From a virus, in the IMG/VR virus record IMGVR_UViG_3300045988_157232, positions 1-28,645 of that record: 28,645 nt of DNA. The stretch is one strand, 5' to 3'. This document shows, piece by piece, positions 1-7,516 of the stretch. The translations under genes and the position numbers were made by a program. The notes below the pieces were generated by a model. That model had not been told where the DNA came from, did no database searches, and saw only the letters and a list, made by a program, of their open reading frames with translations. The stretch's first letter is position 1; each line of letters opens with the position of its first letter.

Positions 1-55
1 CATTACAATCAGGAAATGGACACGCGCTTGAAACAAATCGGGCAACAAACGGCGA
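1..55. repeat. Terminal direct repeat, copy 1 of 2 (identical to 28591-28645). Most likely a circular-assembly overlap.
   Basis: Bases 1-55 (cattacaatcaggaaatgga...caacaaacggcga) are repeated exactly as the last 55 bases of the window. Confidence 0.95.
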
Positions 56-117
56 TGAACGAATACGGTTGGACGGTTGACGAGTTTCGGGAAGTGTTCG
101 GAAAAAATTATTTATAA
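1..117 (+). CDS. 3' part of a junction-spanning gene encoding a small HNH / Ref-like (RecA-dependent nuclease type) zinc-finger nuclease. The 5' part is 28417-28645.
   Basis: Frame 1 is open from base 1 to TAA at 115-117 and joins in frame with the ORF starting at ATG 28417. The joined product is 96 aa with CYIC...ERHHIF...HLCHWCHNEPPNGVH. Confidence 0.7.
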   Translation, partial: HYNQEMDTRLKQIGQQTAMNEYGWTVDEFREVFGKNYL

Positions 118-133
118 AACTATTGAAAAACTA

Positions 134-162
134 TTGATAAACACAGGACGGGGGTGTATAAT
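134..162 (+). promoter_or_regulatory. Sigma-A type promoter P1 (TTGATA-17-TATAAT)
   Basis: -35 ttgata at 134-139, a 17-nt spacer, and -10 tataat at 157-162. It is preceded by a perfect tandem 11-mer aaaactattga (116-126 and 127-137). The ~45-nt leader ends in AAGGAG (195-200) before ATG 207. Confidence 0.8.
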
Positions 163-206
163 AAGAGTAGAAATAAAGGAAAGGCGTAAGCCCGAAGGAG
201 TGTAAG

Positions 207-752
207 ATGACTAAACAAGAACAAATCGAAGAAATGGCGAAAATCGTTGACGAAATGTACAATGTATATACAACGACAGCGGACGATATTGCAGAGGGGA
301 TATACAACGCAGGTTACCGAAAGATACAAGACGGAACTGTGGTGCTTTCAAGAGAAGAGTATGAAATGTTAAAAAGTTTATACGATACTCAAAAAGGTGC
401 GATTATGACTTCAAGTATAGGTGATTTACCTTTAACGGTTGAGGGGTTAAGAAAAGCAGTTGACGAGATTACAAGACTTAATAGAGTTGAAACTGAACTG
501 CAAGAACTCAATGCAAAATATTACAACGAAGCGAAAGATTTAAGGCGAGAACTCAAACAAACGCGCAAGGAAACGGCGAAAGAGATTTTTCAAAAAGTAG
601 TAAACATTTGTAGAAAAGAAGAAGATTTCCAAGACGGCACAGTAAATACACAACTTGAACCTTTATATTTCGGAATAATGAATGGTTGTGCTTTTATAAG
701 AGGTGAAGTAAAAGAACTTGCAGAACAATACGGCGTGGAGGTGGAAGAATGA
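207..752 (+). CDS. Hypothetical early protein, coiled-coil, with an ...IYNAGYRK... motif. Paralog of the next gene.
   Basis: 181-aa ORF with AAGGAG 7 nt upstream. It shares the N-terminal MxKQEQ..E and the YN(A/E)GYRK..G..VL..EE motif with ORF 749-1222. Confidence 0.8.
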   Translation: MTKQEQIEEMAKIVDEMYNVYTTTADDIAEGIYNAGYRKIQDGTVVLSREEYEMLKSLYDTQKGAIMTSSIGDLPLTVEGLRKAVDEITRLNRVETELQELNAKYYNEAKDLRRELKQTRKETAKEIFQKVVNICRKEEDFQDGTVNTQLEPLYFGIMNGCAFIRGEVKELAEQYGVEVEE

Positions 753-1222
753 ACAAACAAGAACAAGTAAAAGAAATACTTGAAGTAATTAAACATTGCG
801 GTGATTACACAAAAAGGGATTGTGCAGAATGTGATTATAGGTTGTATGGTGAGTGCAAAAATCAAAAACAATGCGAAGCTGAAGCCCTTTACAATGAGGG
901 TTACCGCAAAGTGCCATTCGGAGCGACTGTGCTCGCACCAGAAGAACGAAATGACGAAATAAGGGAAATGCACGAGATACTCGAAGGACGGGACGAACTT
1001 ATAGCAAAAGTTGGCATTCTTGGCAGGGAAAATTACGACCTCAAAGCCGAAAACAAGCAACTTAAAACCGAGTGCGCCTTGTTGGACGATGAATTACGCA
1101 TTGCAAGGCAAGAAACAATCAACGTATTGAACGAGTTGAAAGCGAAGTCTTATGTGAACAACTATTGCCGTGAAGTTGTTGAAATCGAGGAAATTGACGA
1201 ACTTTTGAAGGAGTATGAATGA
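749..1222 (+). CDS. Hypothetical early protein. Cys-rich N-terminus, YNEGYRK motif and a coiled-coil C-terminus.
   Basis: 157-aa ORF with an ATGA overlap onto the previous stop and GGAGGTGG upstream. Cys cluster HCGDYTKRDCAECDYRLYGECKNQKQC. Confidence 0.8.
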   Translation: MNKQEQVKEILEVIKHCGDYTKRDCAECDYRLYGECKNQKQCEAEALYNEGYRKVPFGATVLAPEERNDEIREMHEILEGRDELIAKVGILGRENYDLKAENKQLKTECALLDDELRIARQETINVLNELKAKSYVNNYCREVVEIEEIDELLKEYE

Positions 1223-1437
1223 TGAAACAAATCAGAGCGTTAAGAGCGAACGGCATAACTTTGTTGGTATCGTCGGTGATAACAGCGGTATGTGTCGGGG
1301 TGTGTTGGAAGCATTTTCCGATTGCAGTACAGGCGATATATATCTGCATATCGTTGATGTTTGCGGTGTTCGGCGGAGCAATGGTCGGACGGAGCATTTG
1401 GTTGACAAAACAGGAAAAGGAGAGACGGAATGGATAA
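1219..1437 (+). CDS. Small membrane protein (2 predicted TM helices)
   Basis: 72-aa ORF with an ATGA overlap onto the stop of 749-1222 and AAGGAG at 1208-1213. It has hydrophobic stretches ITLLVSSVITAVCVGVCW and IYICISLMFAVFGGAMVG. I preferred it over the overlapping frame 1215-1469. Confidence 0.55.
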   Translation: MMKQIRALRANGITLLVSSVITAVCVGVCWKHFPIAVQAIYICISLMFAVFGGAMVGRSIWLTKQEKERRNG

Positions 1438-1513
1438 TGCAATACTTTTTACCATTGTGTTCGGAGTAATTGCGTTCGTGTCCATATCAATCGCGTGGTA
1501 TATCGCGAGATAA
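1430..1513 (+). CDS. 27-aa single-TM micropeptide (MDNAILFTIVFGVIAFVSISIAWYIAR)
   Basis: ATG 1430 is preceded by aaaaggagag and overlaps the end of 1219-1437. The ORF is too short to appear in the ORF track. Confidence 0.4.
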   Translation: MDNAILFTIVFGVIAFVSISIAWYIAR

Positions 1514-1529
1514 AAAAGGAGAAAGAAGA

Positions 1530-1781
1530 ATGAAAAAACTTCTAATAGCGATTATTTTAATCGTGTGTTTGGGCGTTTTTGTCGGGTGTTCGACTTATAA
1601 AATCCGAGACGATTATCATTACGAAACGATGACGATTTATTTCAAGGACGGCGAGAACATATCTTTCAGGCGAAATGATATAAAAATAAGTCAAACCGAC
1701 ACTCTGCTGATTATCGACAAGAAAAACGACCGCAGTTATGTTTACAAAAAGGAAAATATCAAAAAAATAATTTATGCTTGA
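1530..1781 (+). CDS. Small secreted lipoprotein (83 aa)
   Basis: ATG 1530 is preceded by aaaaaggag. The N-terminus MKKLLIAIILIVCLGVFVGC has a signal peptide plus a lipobox-like VGC. Confidence 0.7.
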   Translation: MKKLLIAIILIVCLGVFVGCSTYKIRDDYHYETMTIYFKDGENISFRRNDIKISQTDTLLIIDKKNDRSYVYKKENIKKIIYA

Positions 1782-1806
1782 TAAAACACAAAAACCGTGT
1801 TATAAT
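1778..1806 (+). promoter_or_regulatory. Sigma-A type promoter P2 (TTGATA-17-TATAAT) in front of the packaging/structural operon
   Basis: -35 ttgata at 1778-1783 overlaps the lipoprotein stop codon. A 17-nt spacer separates it from -10 tataat at 1801-1806. Confidence 0.8.
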
Positions 1807-1918
1807 GAAGTATAACCAATAAGAAAGGAGTTGCCTATGACTTCTAAATTAAAATTACATAGGTCGAAAAAGTAGGCGGAGCAGTCCGTCTATTTGGCGT
1901 TAAGACGAAAAAGGCAAA
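1807..1918 (+). promoter_or_regulatory. Structured ~105-nt leader containing a 12-codon upstream ORF (1837-1875, MTSKLKLHRSKK)
   Basis: The strong SD aaaggag (1824-1830) serves ATG 1837. Hairpin cctatg/catagg (1834-1839 with 1858-1863) sequesters that ATG. Hairpin taggcgg/ccgtcta (1873-1879 with 1886-1892) starts at the uORF stop codon. The real gene start at 1919 has only a weak SD. Confidence 0.35.
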
Positions 1919-3046
1919 ATGGAAATCATAAAACTCAACATTAACGAAGTAATACCGTATCCTGATAACCCGAGAAAAAATGACAACGCTGTTGATGCAG
2001 TTGCGGAAAGCATAAAACAATGCGGATATTGTTCACCGATTGTTATCGACGAAGGCAATGTTATTCTTGCGGGACACACAAGGCTTAAAGCACTTAAAAA
2101 GTTAAAATGGAAAGAAGTCGAGTGCGTAAGGAAAACGGGGTTGACCGAAGAACAAAAGAAAAAATACCGTATTCTTGACAACAAGACAAACGAACTTGCC
2201 GAATGGGACTTTGATTTGTTGGAAGAAGAAATCGCGGATTTGGATTTTGACGGGTTCGATTTTGGATTTGATTTCAATTCGGGCGAAGAAGATGCAGAAA
2301 TTATAGAAGATGAAGTCCCCGAGATTGACGAGGAAAACGAACCGATAACTCAACTCGGTGATATATGGCAATTAGGTGCACACCGCCTTATGTGCGGAAA
2401 TTCGCTTATACAAAGTAATATTGATAAATTGTTAAATGGGGCAAGGTGCGAACTGACTTTTACCGACCCTCCGTATCAATTAGAAACACAGGGCGGTGGT
2501 ATACTGAAAAAGGCAAACAGTATGAAGCAGATTAAGCAAAACGGAGTTGATACTTTTGACCCGTCTATGCTTATTCTTCAAAGCGAAACAAATATTTATT
2601 GCCACAACAAGCCTTTAATCAAGAAATACATTGAACTTGCTGAAACAAATAATCAGCCTTATGATTTGTGTTTTTACAAGAAACTTTGTACCGTGCCTAA
2701 TTACAAAGGGCATATGATGACCGACGTTGAGTATATTGCAATTATAGGAAAACAAGATCCGAATAAAGGACTTGAAAAAGAAACATATTCAAAATGTTAT
2801 ATCGGCAAGAAAGACCACGATAATGAGTTGAGTTATTCAAAACCTATCGAGTTATGCGCAAAATATATAAAACTATATGGAAAAAAGAATATCCTTGACC
2901 TATTCGGCGGTAGTGGATCAACGCTTATTGCTTGCGAACAGTTAGACCGCACTTGCTATATAATGGAACTTGATCCAAAATATTGCGATGTTATAATAAA
3001 GCGTTGGGAAACATTTACAGGGAAGAAGGCAGTTAAAATAAATTAA
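1919..3046 (+). CDS. ParB-like N-terminal domain fused to a DNA methyltransferase (N6-A or N4-C, DPPY type)
   Basis: 375 aa. The N-terminus has PYPDNPRKND...ILAGHTRLKAL (ParB/Srx-like). It is followed by an acidic linker, motif IV FTDPPYQ and motif I ILDLFGGSGSTLIACEQL. Confidence 0.85.
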   Translation: MEIIKLNINEVIPYPDNPRKNDNAVDAVAESIKQCGYCSPIVIDEGNVILAGHTRLKALKKLKWKEVECVRKTGLTEEQKKKYRILDNKTNELAEWDFDLLEEEIADLDFDGFDFGFDFNSGEEDAEIIEDEVPEIDEENEPITQLGDIWQLGAHRLMCGNSLIQSNIDKLLNGARCELTFTDPPYQLETQGGGILKKANSMKQIKQNGVDTFDPSMLILQSETNIYCHNKPLIKKYIELAETNNQPYDLCFYKKLCTVPNYKGHMMTDVEYIAIIGKQDPNKGLEKETYSKCYIGKKDHDNELSYSKPIELCAKYIKLYGKKNILDLFGGSGSTLIACEQLDRTCYIMELDPKYCDVIIKRWETFTGKKAVKIN

Positions 3047-3058
3047 AGGAGTAAAAAA

Positions 3059-3427
3059 ATGCCGTGCAAAGCGACAAACCCGCAAAACCTTATTCCGCAA
3101 AATGAAAGACCTATTGAAGAAAGGCGAAGAATAGCGGCAATGGGTGGAAAAGCAAGGGGCGAGCAAAAGAAAAGACAAAAGACTTTTAGAGAAGCACTTG
3201 AAACGCTTTTATCGAAAGAAGTAGTCGATAAGAACGGGGATAAGTATGACCTTTTGACGGCAATAAGTGCCAAACAAGTAGAAAAGGCAAACAAGGGCGA
3301 TACAAAGGCTTTTGAAGTTATCCGTGATACGATAGGACAGAAACCCGTTGAAAGAGTAGAAATCACAGAGTGGGACACAAAGATTGCGGGCGAAATAGAA
3401 GCGTATGTTGACGGACGAAAAGCGTAA
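3059..3427 (+). CDS. terS: Putative terminase small subunit
   Basis: 122-aa basic protein (RRRIAAMGGKARGEQKKRQK) immediately upstream of the large terminase and overlapping it. SD aaaggag is present. Confidence 0.5.
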   Translation: MPCKATNPQNLIPQNERPIEERRRIAAMGGKARGEQKKRQKTFREALETLLSKEVVDKNGDKYDLLTAISAKQVEKANKGDTKAFEVIRDTIGQKPVERVEITEWDTKIAGEIEAYVDGRKA

Positions 3428-4664
3428 ATATCTTGACCTTTTAATCGACGAGCCGTATAAGGTTGCTAATTGGTTAGGATTTACGGGAATAAATAAAGAA
3501 CTCCACAACAAGTGGATACAGGAACTTGTGTTCGGCAAGAACGACTGGACTTTACAAGCGCATCGCGGAAGTTATAAAACAACTTGTGTATCGGTAGCAT
3601 TTGCGCTGTATATGATTTTGTTTCCGACAAAGAACATAATCTTTATCAGAAAGACCGATGACGACGTTACGGAGATTATAGAGCAAACGAGAAAGATTTT
3701 ATCGAGCGACACGATAAAGTTTTTAAGTTATAAATTATGGGGCAAGCCTGTTGAGATTAAGAAGTCCAACAGCAACGAGATAACGACCAACCTTTCGGAC
3801 ACGACAAGGGGCGCGGTGCAGTTATTGGGTTTAGGCATTAAAGGGAGTTTGACAGGCAAACACGCTTACTGGGTGCATACGGACGATATAGTCAACATAA
3901 AAGACCGTGTGAGCCGAGCCGAGCGAGAATATACAAAGTCCATTTATATGGAGTTGCAGAACATTAAAATGGTTGGCGGGCGGATAACGAATACAGGGAC
4001 GCCGTGGCACAAAGACGATTGTTTTTCTTTAATGCCCGCCGCCGAGAAGTACGATTGTTATCGAACGGGGCTATTGACAAACGACGAGTTGGACGCTTTA
4101 AGAAAAAGTATGACGGCGAGTTTGTTTGCGGCGAACTATGAATTGAAGCACATAGCGAGCGAGAATGCGTTGTTTGGGAACATTAAGTTTTTCGACGACG
4201 ACAAGATACTTGAAAACGGAAGAGCGCACATAGACGCGTCGTATGGCGGCGAAGACGGAAGCGTTTTGACGATATGCCGAAAGGTGGACGGGAAGTATTA
4301 TGTTTTAGGGAAAAGAAGAACTGGACACATAGACACGCATTTGAATGAATTTATGGCGATAGTCAAGTATTATCGGGCTGGCGTTATTAGAGTTGAAGAT
4401 AACGGTGACAAAGGGTATTTGGCGAAAGAAATAATCCGCAAGGGCGGCGGTGCAATGGTTTATCACGAAACGATGAACAAGTATCTGAAAATATCGAGTT
4501 ACTTAAAAGGCGAATGGGAAAACGTTTACTTTTCAAGAAACACGGATGCGGAGTATTTGGATGAGATACTTGATTATTCAGAAGACGCAGTACACGACGA
4601 TAGCCCAGATAGTTGCGCGAGCATAATACGAGATTATAAAAACACAGGAATAAAAGGGTTCTAA
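3405..4664 (+). CDS. terL: Terminase large subunit
   Basis: 419 aa. It has a Walker A-like HRGSYKTT and a Walker B-like YWVHTDDIV. The C-terminal nuclease-type acidic motifs are IDASYGGEDGS, VEDNGDKGY and HDDSPDS. It lies directly upstream of the portal gene. Confidence 0.85.
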   Translation: MLTDEKRKYLDLLIDEPYKVANWLGFTGINKELHNKWIQELVFGKNDWTLQAHRGSYKTTCVSVAFALYMILFPTKNIIFIRKTDDDVTEIIEQTRKILSSDTIKFLSYKLWGKPVEIKKSNSNEITTNLSDTTRGAVQLLGLGIKGSLTGKHAYWVHTDDIVNIKDRVSRAEREYTKSIYMELQNIKMVGGRITNTGTPWHKDDCFSLMPAAEKYDCYRTGLLTNDELDALRKSMTASLFAANYELKHIASENALFGNIKFFDDDKILENGRAHIDASYGGEDGSVLTICRKVDGKYYVLGKRRTGHIDTHLNEFMAIVKYYRAGVIRVEDNGDKGYLAKEIIRKGGGAMVYHETMNKYLKISSYLKGEWENVYFSRNTDAEYLDEILDYSEDAVHDDSPDSCASIIRDYKNTGIKGF

Positions 4665-4666
4665 TT

Positions 4667-6052
4667 ATGGCAAGTTATCAGATTGATTTTAATAACGGCG
4701 AGAATATGGACGGTGCGAGAACGTACGGTCTTATTATGCAATATACAGGAACTTCGGTATATAATCAGGCACAAATCGGTTGGGATTATTATATGGGCAA
4801 TAACACGTCCATAAGGGAAGTCCGCAGAATGTATTGGAAAGACCGCCGTAACGAAGAAACGGGCGCAATCACGGGTGGAGAGTTTGTGGAAAATCCGTAT
4901 GTGTCGAACAACAAGATAGGGTTTTCATTTTTCACCGATATGGTAACGCAAAAGGTTGATACGCTTTTTAAGGAAACGCCGACGGTGAACGGAATAGACC
5001 TTGACGGAAAATTCTTAAAGCGTTTCGGTTATGTAATTAGAGGCGGCGCGGAAAGGTGTTCGGCGCAGGGCATAAGTTATATTTATTGCGACGGCGATAA
5101 TTTGTCGGTGTTTTCGGCTGATAGGGCAATTCCTTTTTATGACGACGAAACGGGGAAATTAAAAGCGTTTATTCGTTGGTGGAACATACAGGGAATGATG
5201 ATGAACGATTTACCGAGTATGTATTGGGAAGTCTATACAGAAGACGGAGTAACGACTTATTGCAATCGTCCGAGCGTGCGAATGGTTAAGCCTTTGACGG
5301 CTTATAAGTATAAGGTCAAAGCAAGTGCGTTGTCGGAAGAAATCGAAAACGAAAAATCGAAATTGCCTATTGTTGAGTTTTGGAACAATGAATACAGATT
5401 GAGCGACTTAACTCCGAACATAAGGGCGAAGATAGACATTATAGACCTTGTGCAATCGGGGTTTGCTAATAACATACAAGACTTTTCGGATGCGTATTGG
5501 GTTATCAAAGACACGACGGGAATGGGCGAGACCTATTATCAAGACTTTATGGCGAACATAAACCGTACGAGAAAGATAATCGGCGAGGGTGCGGAAATGA
5601 AGCAATTTCAAATTCCTACCGAAGCAAGAACAAAGTTCGTTGAGATTATTAAAGACGATTTGATACGCGACGGCGGTGTTGTGGACACAAAGGCACTGAC
5701 GAACGGAAACCTTACAGCAACGGCGATTAAAGCGGCGAGGGCAAACCTTGAAACGAGAGTATCAAAGTTTGAGTGGGAAGCGTACAAGACCGCAACGGAA
5801 ACGATACAGATGTATTTAGAAAAAACAGGACGGGCGGCGGACTTTGACATTACTTTCAACTCTTACCATTTGGACAACGTAACGGAAACGGTGCAAAATG
5901 CGACGATGTTAAGGGGAACGATAAGCGAGAAATCTTATCTTAAAATGCTGCAAGGCGTGGGCATTATCGACAACGTTGACGACGAGATTGAAGCAATGCA
6001 AGAAGAAAAAGACGTTCGTTTCGGTGTTGGAAATAACGGTATTGAAGAATGA
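4667..6052 (+). CDS. Portal protein (SPP1 gp6-like size and position)
   Basis: 461-aa ORF between the large terminase and the Mu-F-like head protein. Confidence 0.75.
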   Translation: MASYQIDFNNGENMDGARTYGLIMQYTGTSVYNQAQIGWDYYMGNNTSIREVRRMYWKDRRNEETGAITGGEFVENPYVSNNKIGFSFFTDMVTQKVDTLFKETPTVNGIDLDGKFLKRFGYVIRGGAERCSAQGISYIYCDGDNLSVFSADRAIPFYDDETGKLKAFIRWWNIQGMMMNDLPSMYWEVYTEDGVTTYCNRPSVRMVKPLTAYKYKVKASALSEEIENEKSKLPIVEFWNNEYRLSDLTPNIRAKIDIIDLVQSGFANNIQDFSDAYWVIKDTTGMGETYYQDFMANINRTRKIIGEGAEMKQFQIPTEARTKFVEIIKDDLIRDGGVVDTKALTNGNLTATAIKAARANLETRVSKFEWEAYKTATETIQMYLEKTGRAADFDITFNSYHLDNVTETVQNATMLRGTISEKSYLKMLQGVGIIDNVDDEIEAMQEEKDVRFGVGNNGIEE

Positions 6053-6855
6053 CGGAAAGACAAATACACGAACATAGCGACGATGTTTTGAACGACACGA
6101 CCAAAATGCTTAACAAGCAATACAACGCGGCTTATAAAGAAGCGAGGGACTTTTTAGCGATTGAACTTGCGAAAGTTGAGTTGTCGGGAACGGCGCAAGA
6201 ACGGTTTGGCGAGTTGTCGAAATATGATAGGCTGGATAAGATTTGTGAGAAACTTGCGGACATTTTCGTGAACGCAAACAAAGCAAGTAAAAAGGAAGTC
6301 AACAATCTTGCCGTGTCGGTGTATAAGATAAATTACGATTGGCAAGCCGAACAACTGGGCTTAAAAGGCACAAACAGAACGGACAGCAAAGAAGCATACG
6401 AAGAAGTCGATATTTTCGATACAATCGCATTTGCGGCGTTGACGGACAAGAAGTCAATTGAACGTGAAATCAAGTCAAAGATAGTACAAGCGTTGATGAG
6501 TAAAGCGGGCGTTCGTCCTATAATTACAGCAATTAAAAACGTTGCCGAAAGTAATTTGTCGGACAATGTGCGAATAGCGACCACGGCGACCACTCAAACG
6601 GAAAACAAAGGGCGTGCGGACGTTGTAGAAGTTGCGAAGAAACAAGGACGGAAATTCCGCAAAGTATGGCGTGCAGTCGGGGACAATCGGACAAGGCAGG
6701 CACATAGAGCGGCAAGCGGACAAGTGCAGGACTTTGATAAACCGTTCATTGTCGGGGGCGAAAAAATGATGTATCCTGCTGATATAAGTTTGGGAGCAAG
6801 CGCAAAGAATACGATAAACTGTCGTTGCAGAATGGCAGTTATAGAGTATAAATGA
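6049..6855 (+). CDS. Head morphogenesis protein, Mu F / SPP1 gp7 family
   Basis: 268 aa with an ATGA overlap onto the portal gene. The C-terminal signature is WRAVGDNRTRQAHRAASGQ...F...MYPAD...INCRCRM. Confidence 0.85.
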   Translation: MTERQIHEHSDDVLNDTTKMLNKQYNAAYKEARDFLAIELAKVELSGTAQERFGELSKYDRLDKICEKLADIFVNANKASKKEVNNLAVSVYKINYDWQAEQLGLKGTNRTDSKEAYEEVDIFDTIAFAALTDKKSIEREIKSKIVQALMSKAGVRPIITAIKNVAESNLSDNVRIATTATTQTENKGRADVVEVAKKQGRKFRKVWRAVGDNRTRQAHRAASGQVQDFDKPFIVGGEKMMYPADISLGASAKNTINCRCRMAVIEYK

Positions 6856-6932
6856 CGGGCATACGTCGTAAAAAATAGCAAATAAAAATAAATTACGAGA
6901 AGCAACCTCGTTAAAAGCGTAAAGGAGTTTTT

Positions 6933-7490
6933 ATGAAAAGAGCAGAAATCGAAAAGTTATTCGACGGCAAGTTGGCAGAAAATGTTGAAATCAAAGACAT
7001 TGTGGACGCGATTATGAAAATGAACGGCGATGACGTCAACGCCGCAAAAGACAGCGCAAAGGTAGTAAGCGAAGAGAGTTTGGAGAAACTCAAAAAGGAA
7101 GCCGCAGACGAGGCGATAAAGCCGTATTTACAGGGCGGCGAAAAGTATATTGACGCAGAAAACTACCAAAAACTGTTAGACGAAAATAAAGCGTTTAAGG
7201 AAAAGGAAATCAACATTGCGAGAGAAGCGGCAATCGGCAAAATGCTGTCGGACGCTAAATTCGATAGCAAGGTAACGGAGTTGTTGAAGAAAGTAGTCAA
7301 CGATTTTGATCCGAAATGGACGGAGAATAACGAACTCGAAAACGCGCAAGACATCATCAATCAAATGCAAAGTAAATATCCCGACTTTGTTGTGAAAGAA
7401 ACACAAGGCGGTTTTAAGCCTGCTACGCCCGTCAAAACCACGGGGAGCGAAGAGAGCGATGCCTTTATTTCAGGTTTTTTGGGAAAATAA
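6933..7490 (+). CDS. Scaffolding protein
   Basis: 185-aa acidic, helical, Lys/Glu-rich ORF immediately upstream of the major capsid gene, with SD aaaggag. Confidence 0.7.
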   Translation: MKRAEIEKLFDGKLAENVEIKDIVDAIMKMNGDDVNAAKDSAKVVSEESLEKLKKEAADEAIKPYLQGGEKYIDAENYQKLLDENKAFKEKEINIAREAAIGKMLSDAKFDSKVTELLKKVVNDFDPKWTENNELENAQDIINQMQSKYPDFVVKETQGGFKPATPVKTTGSEESDAFISGFLGK

Positions 7491-7516
7491 AAAAGTAATA
7501 AAAAAGGAGACTTATT

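Noticed and set aside
1-55. The 55-bp terminal repeat as a biological direct terminal repeat, att site or cos region
   Set aside because: The repeat sits in the middle of an open reading frame that reads through it. Its length is that of a typical assembler k-mer overlap on circular contigs. It could still be checked with read termini analysis.
1215-1469. 84-aa ORF overlapping 1219-1437 in another frame
   Set aside because: The alternative frame (1219-1437) gives a clean two-TM protein with ATGA coupling to the upstream stop and codon usage like the rest of the genome (NCG-rich). The 1215 frame is rich in CGG Arg codons and would also run over the next small ORF. The call remains uncertain.
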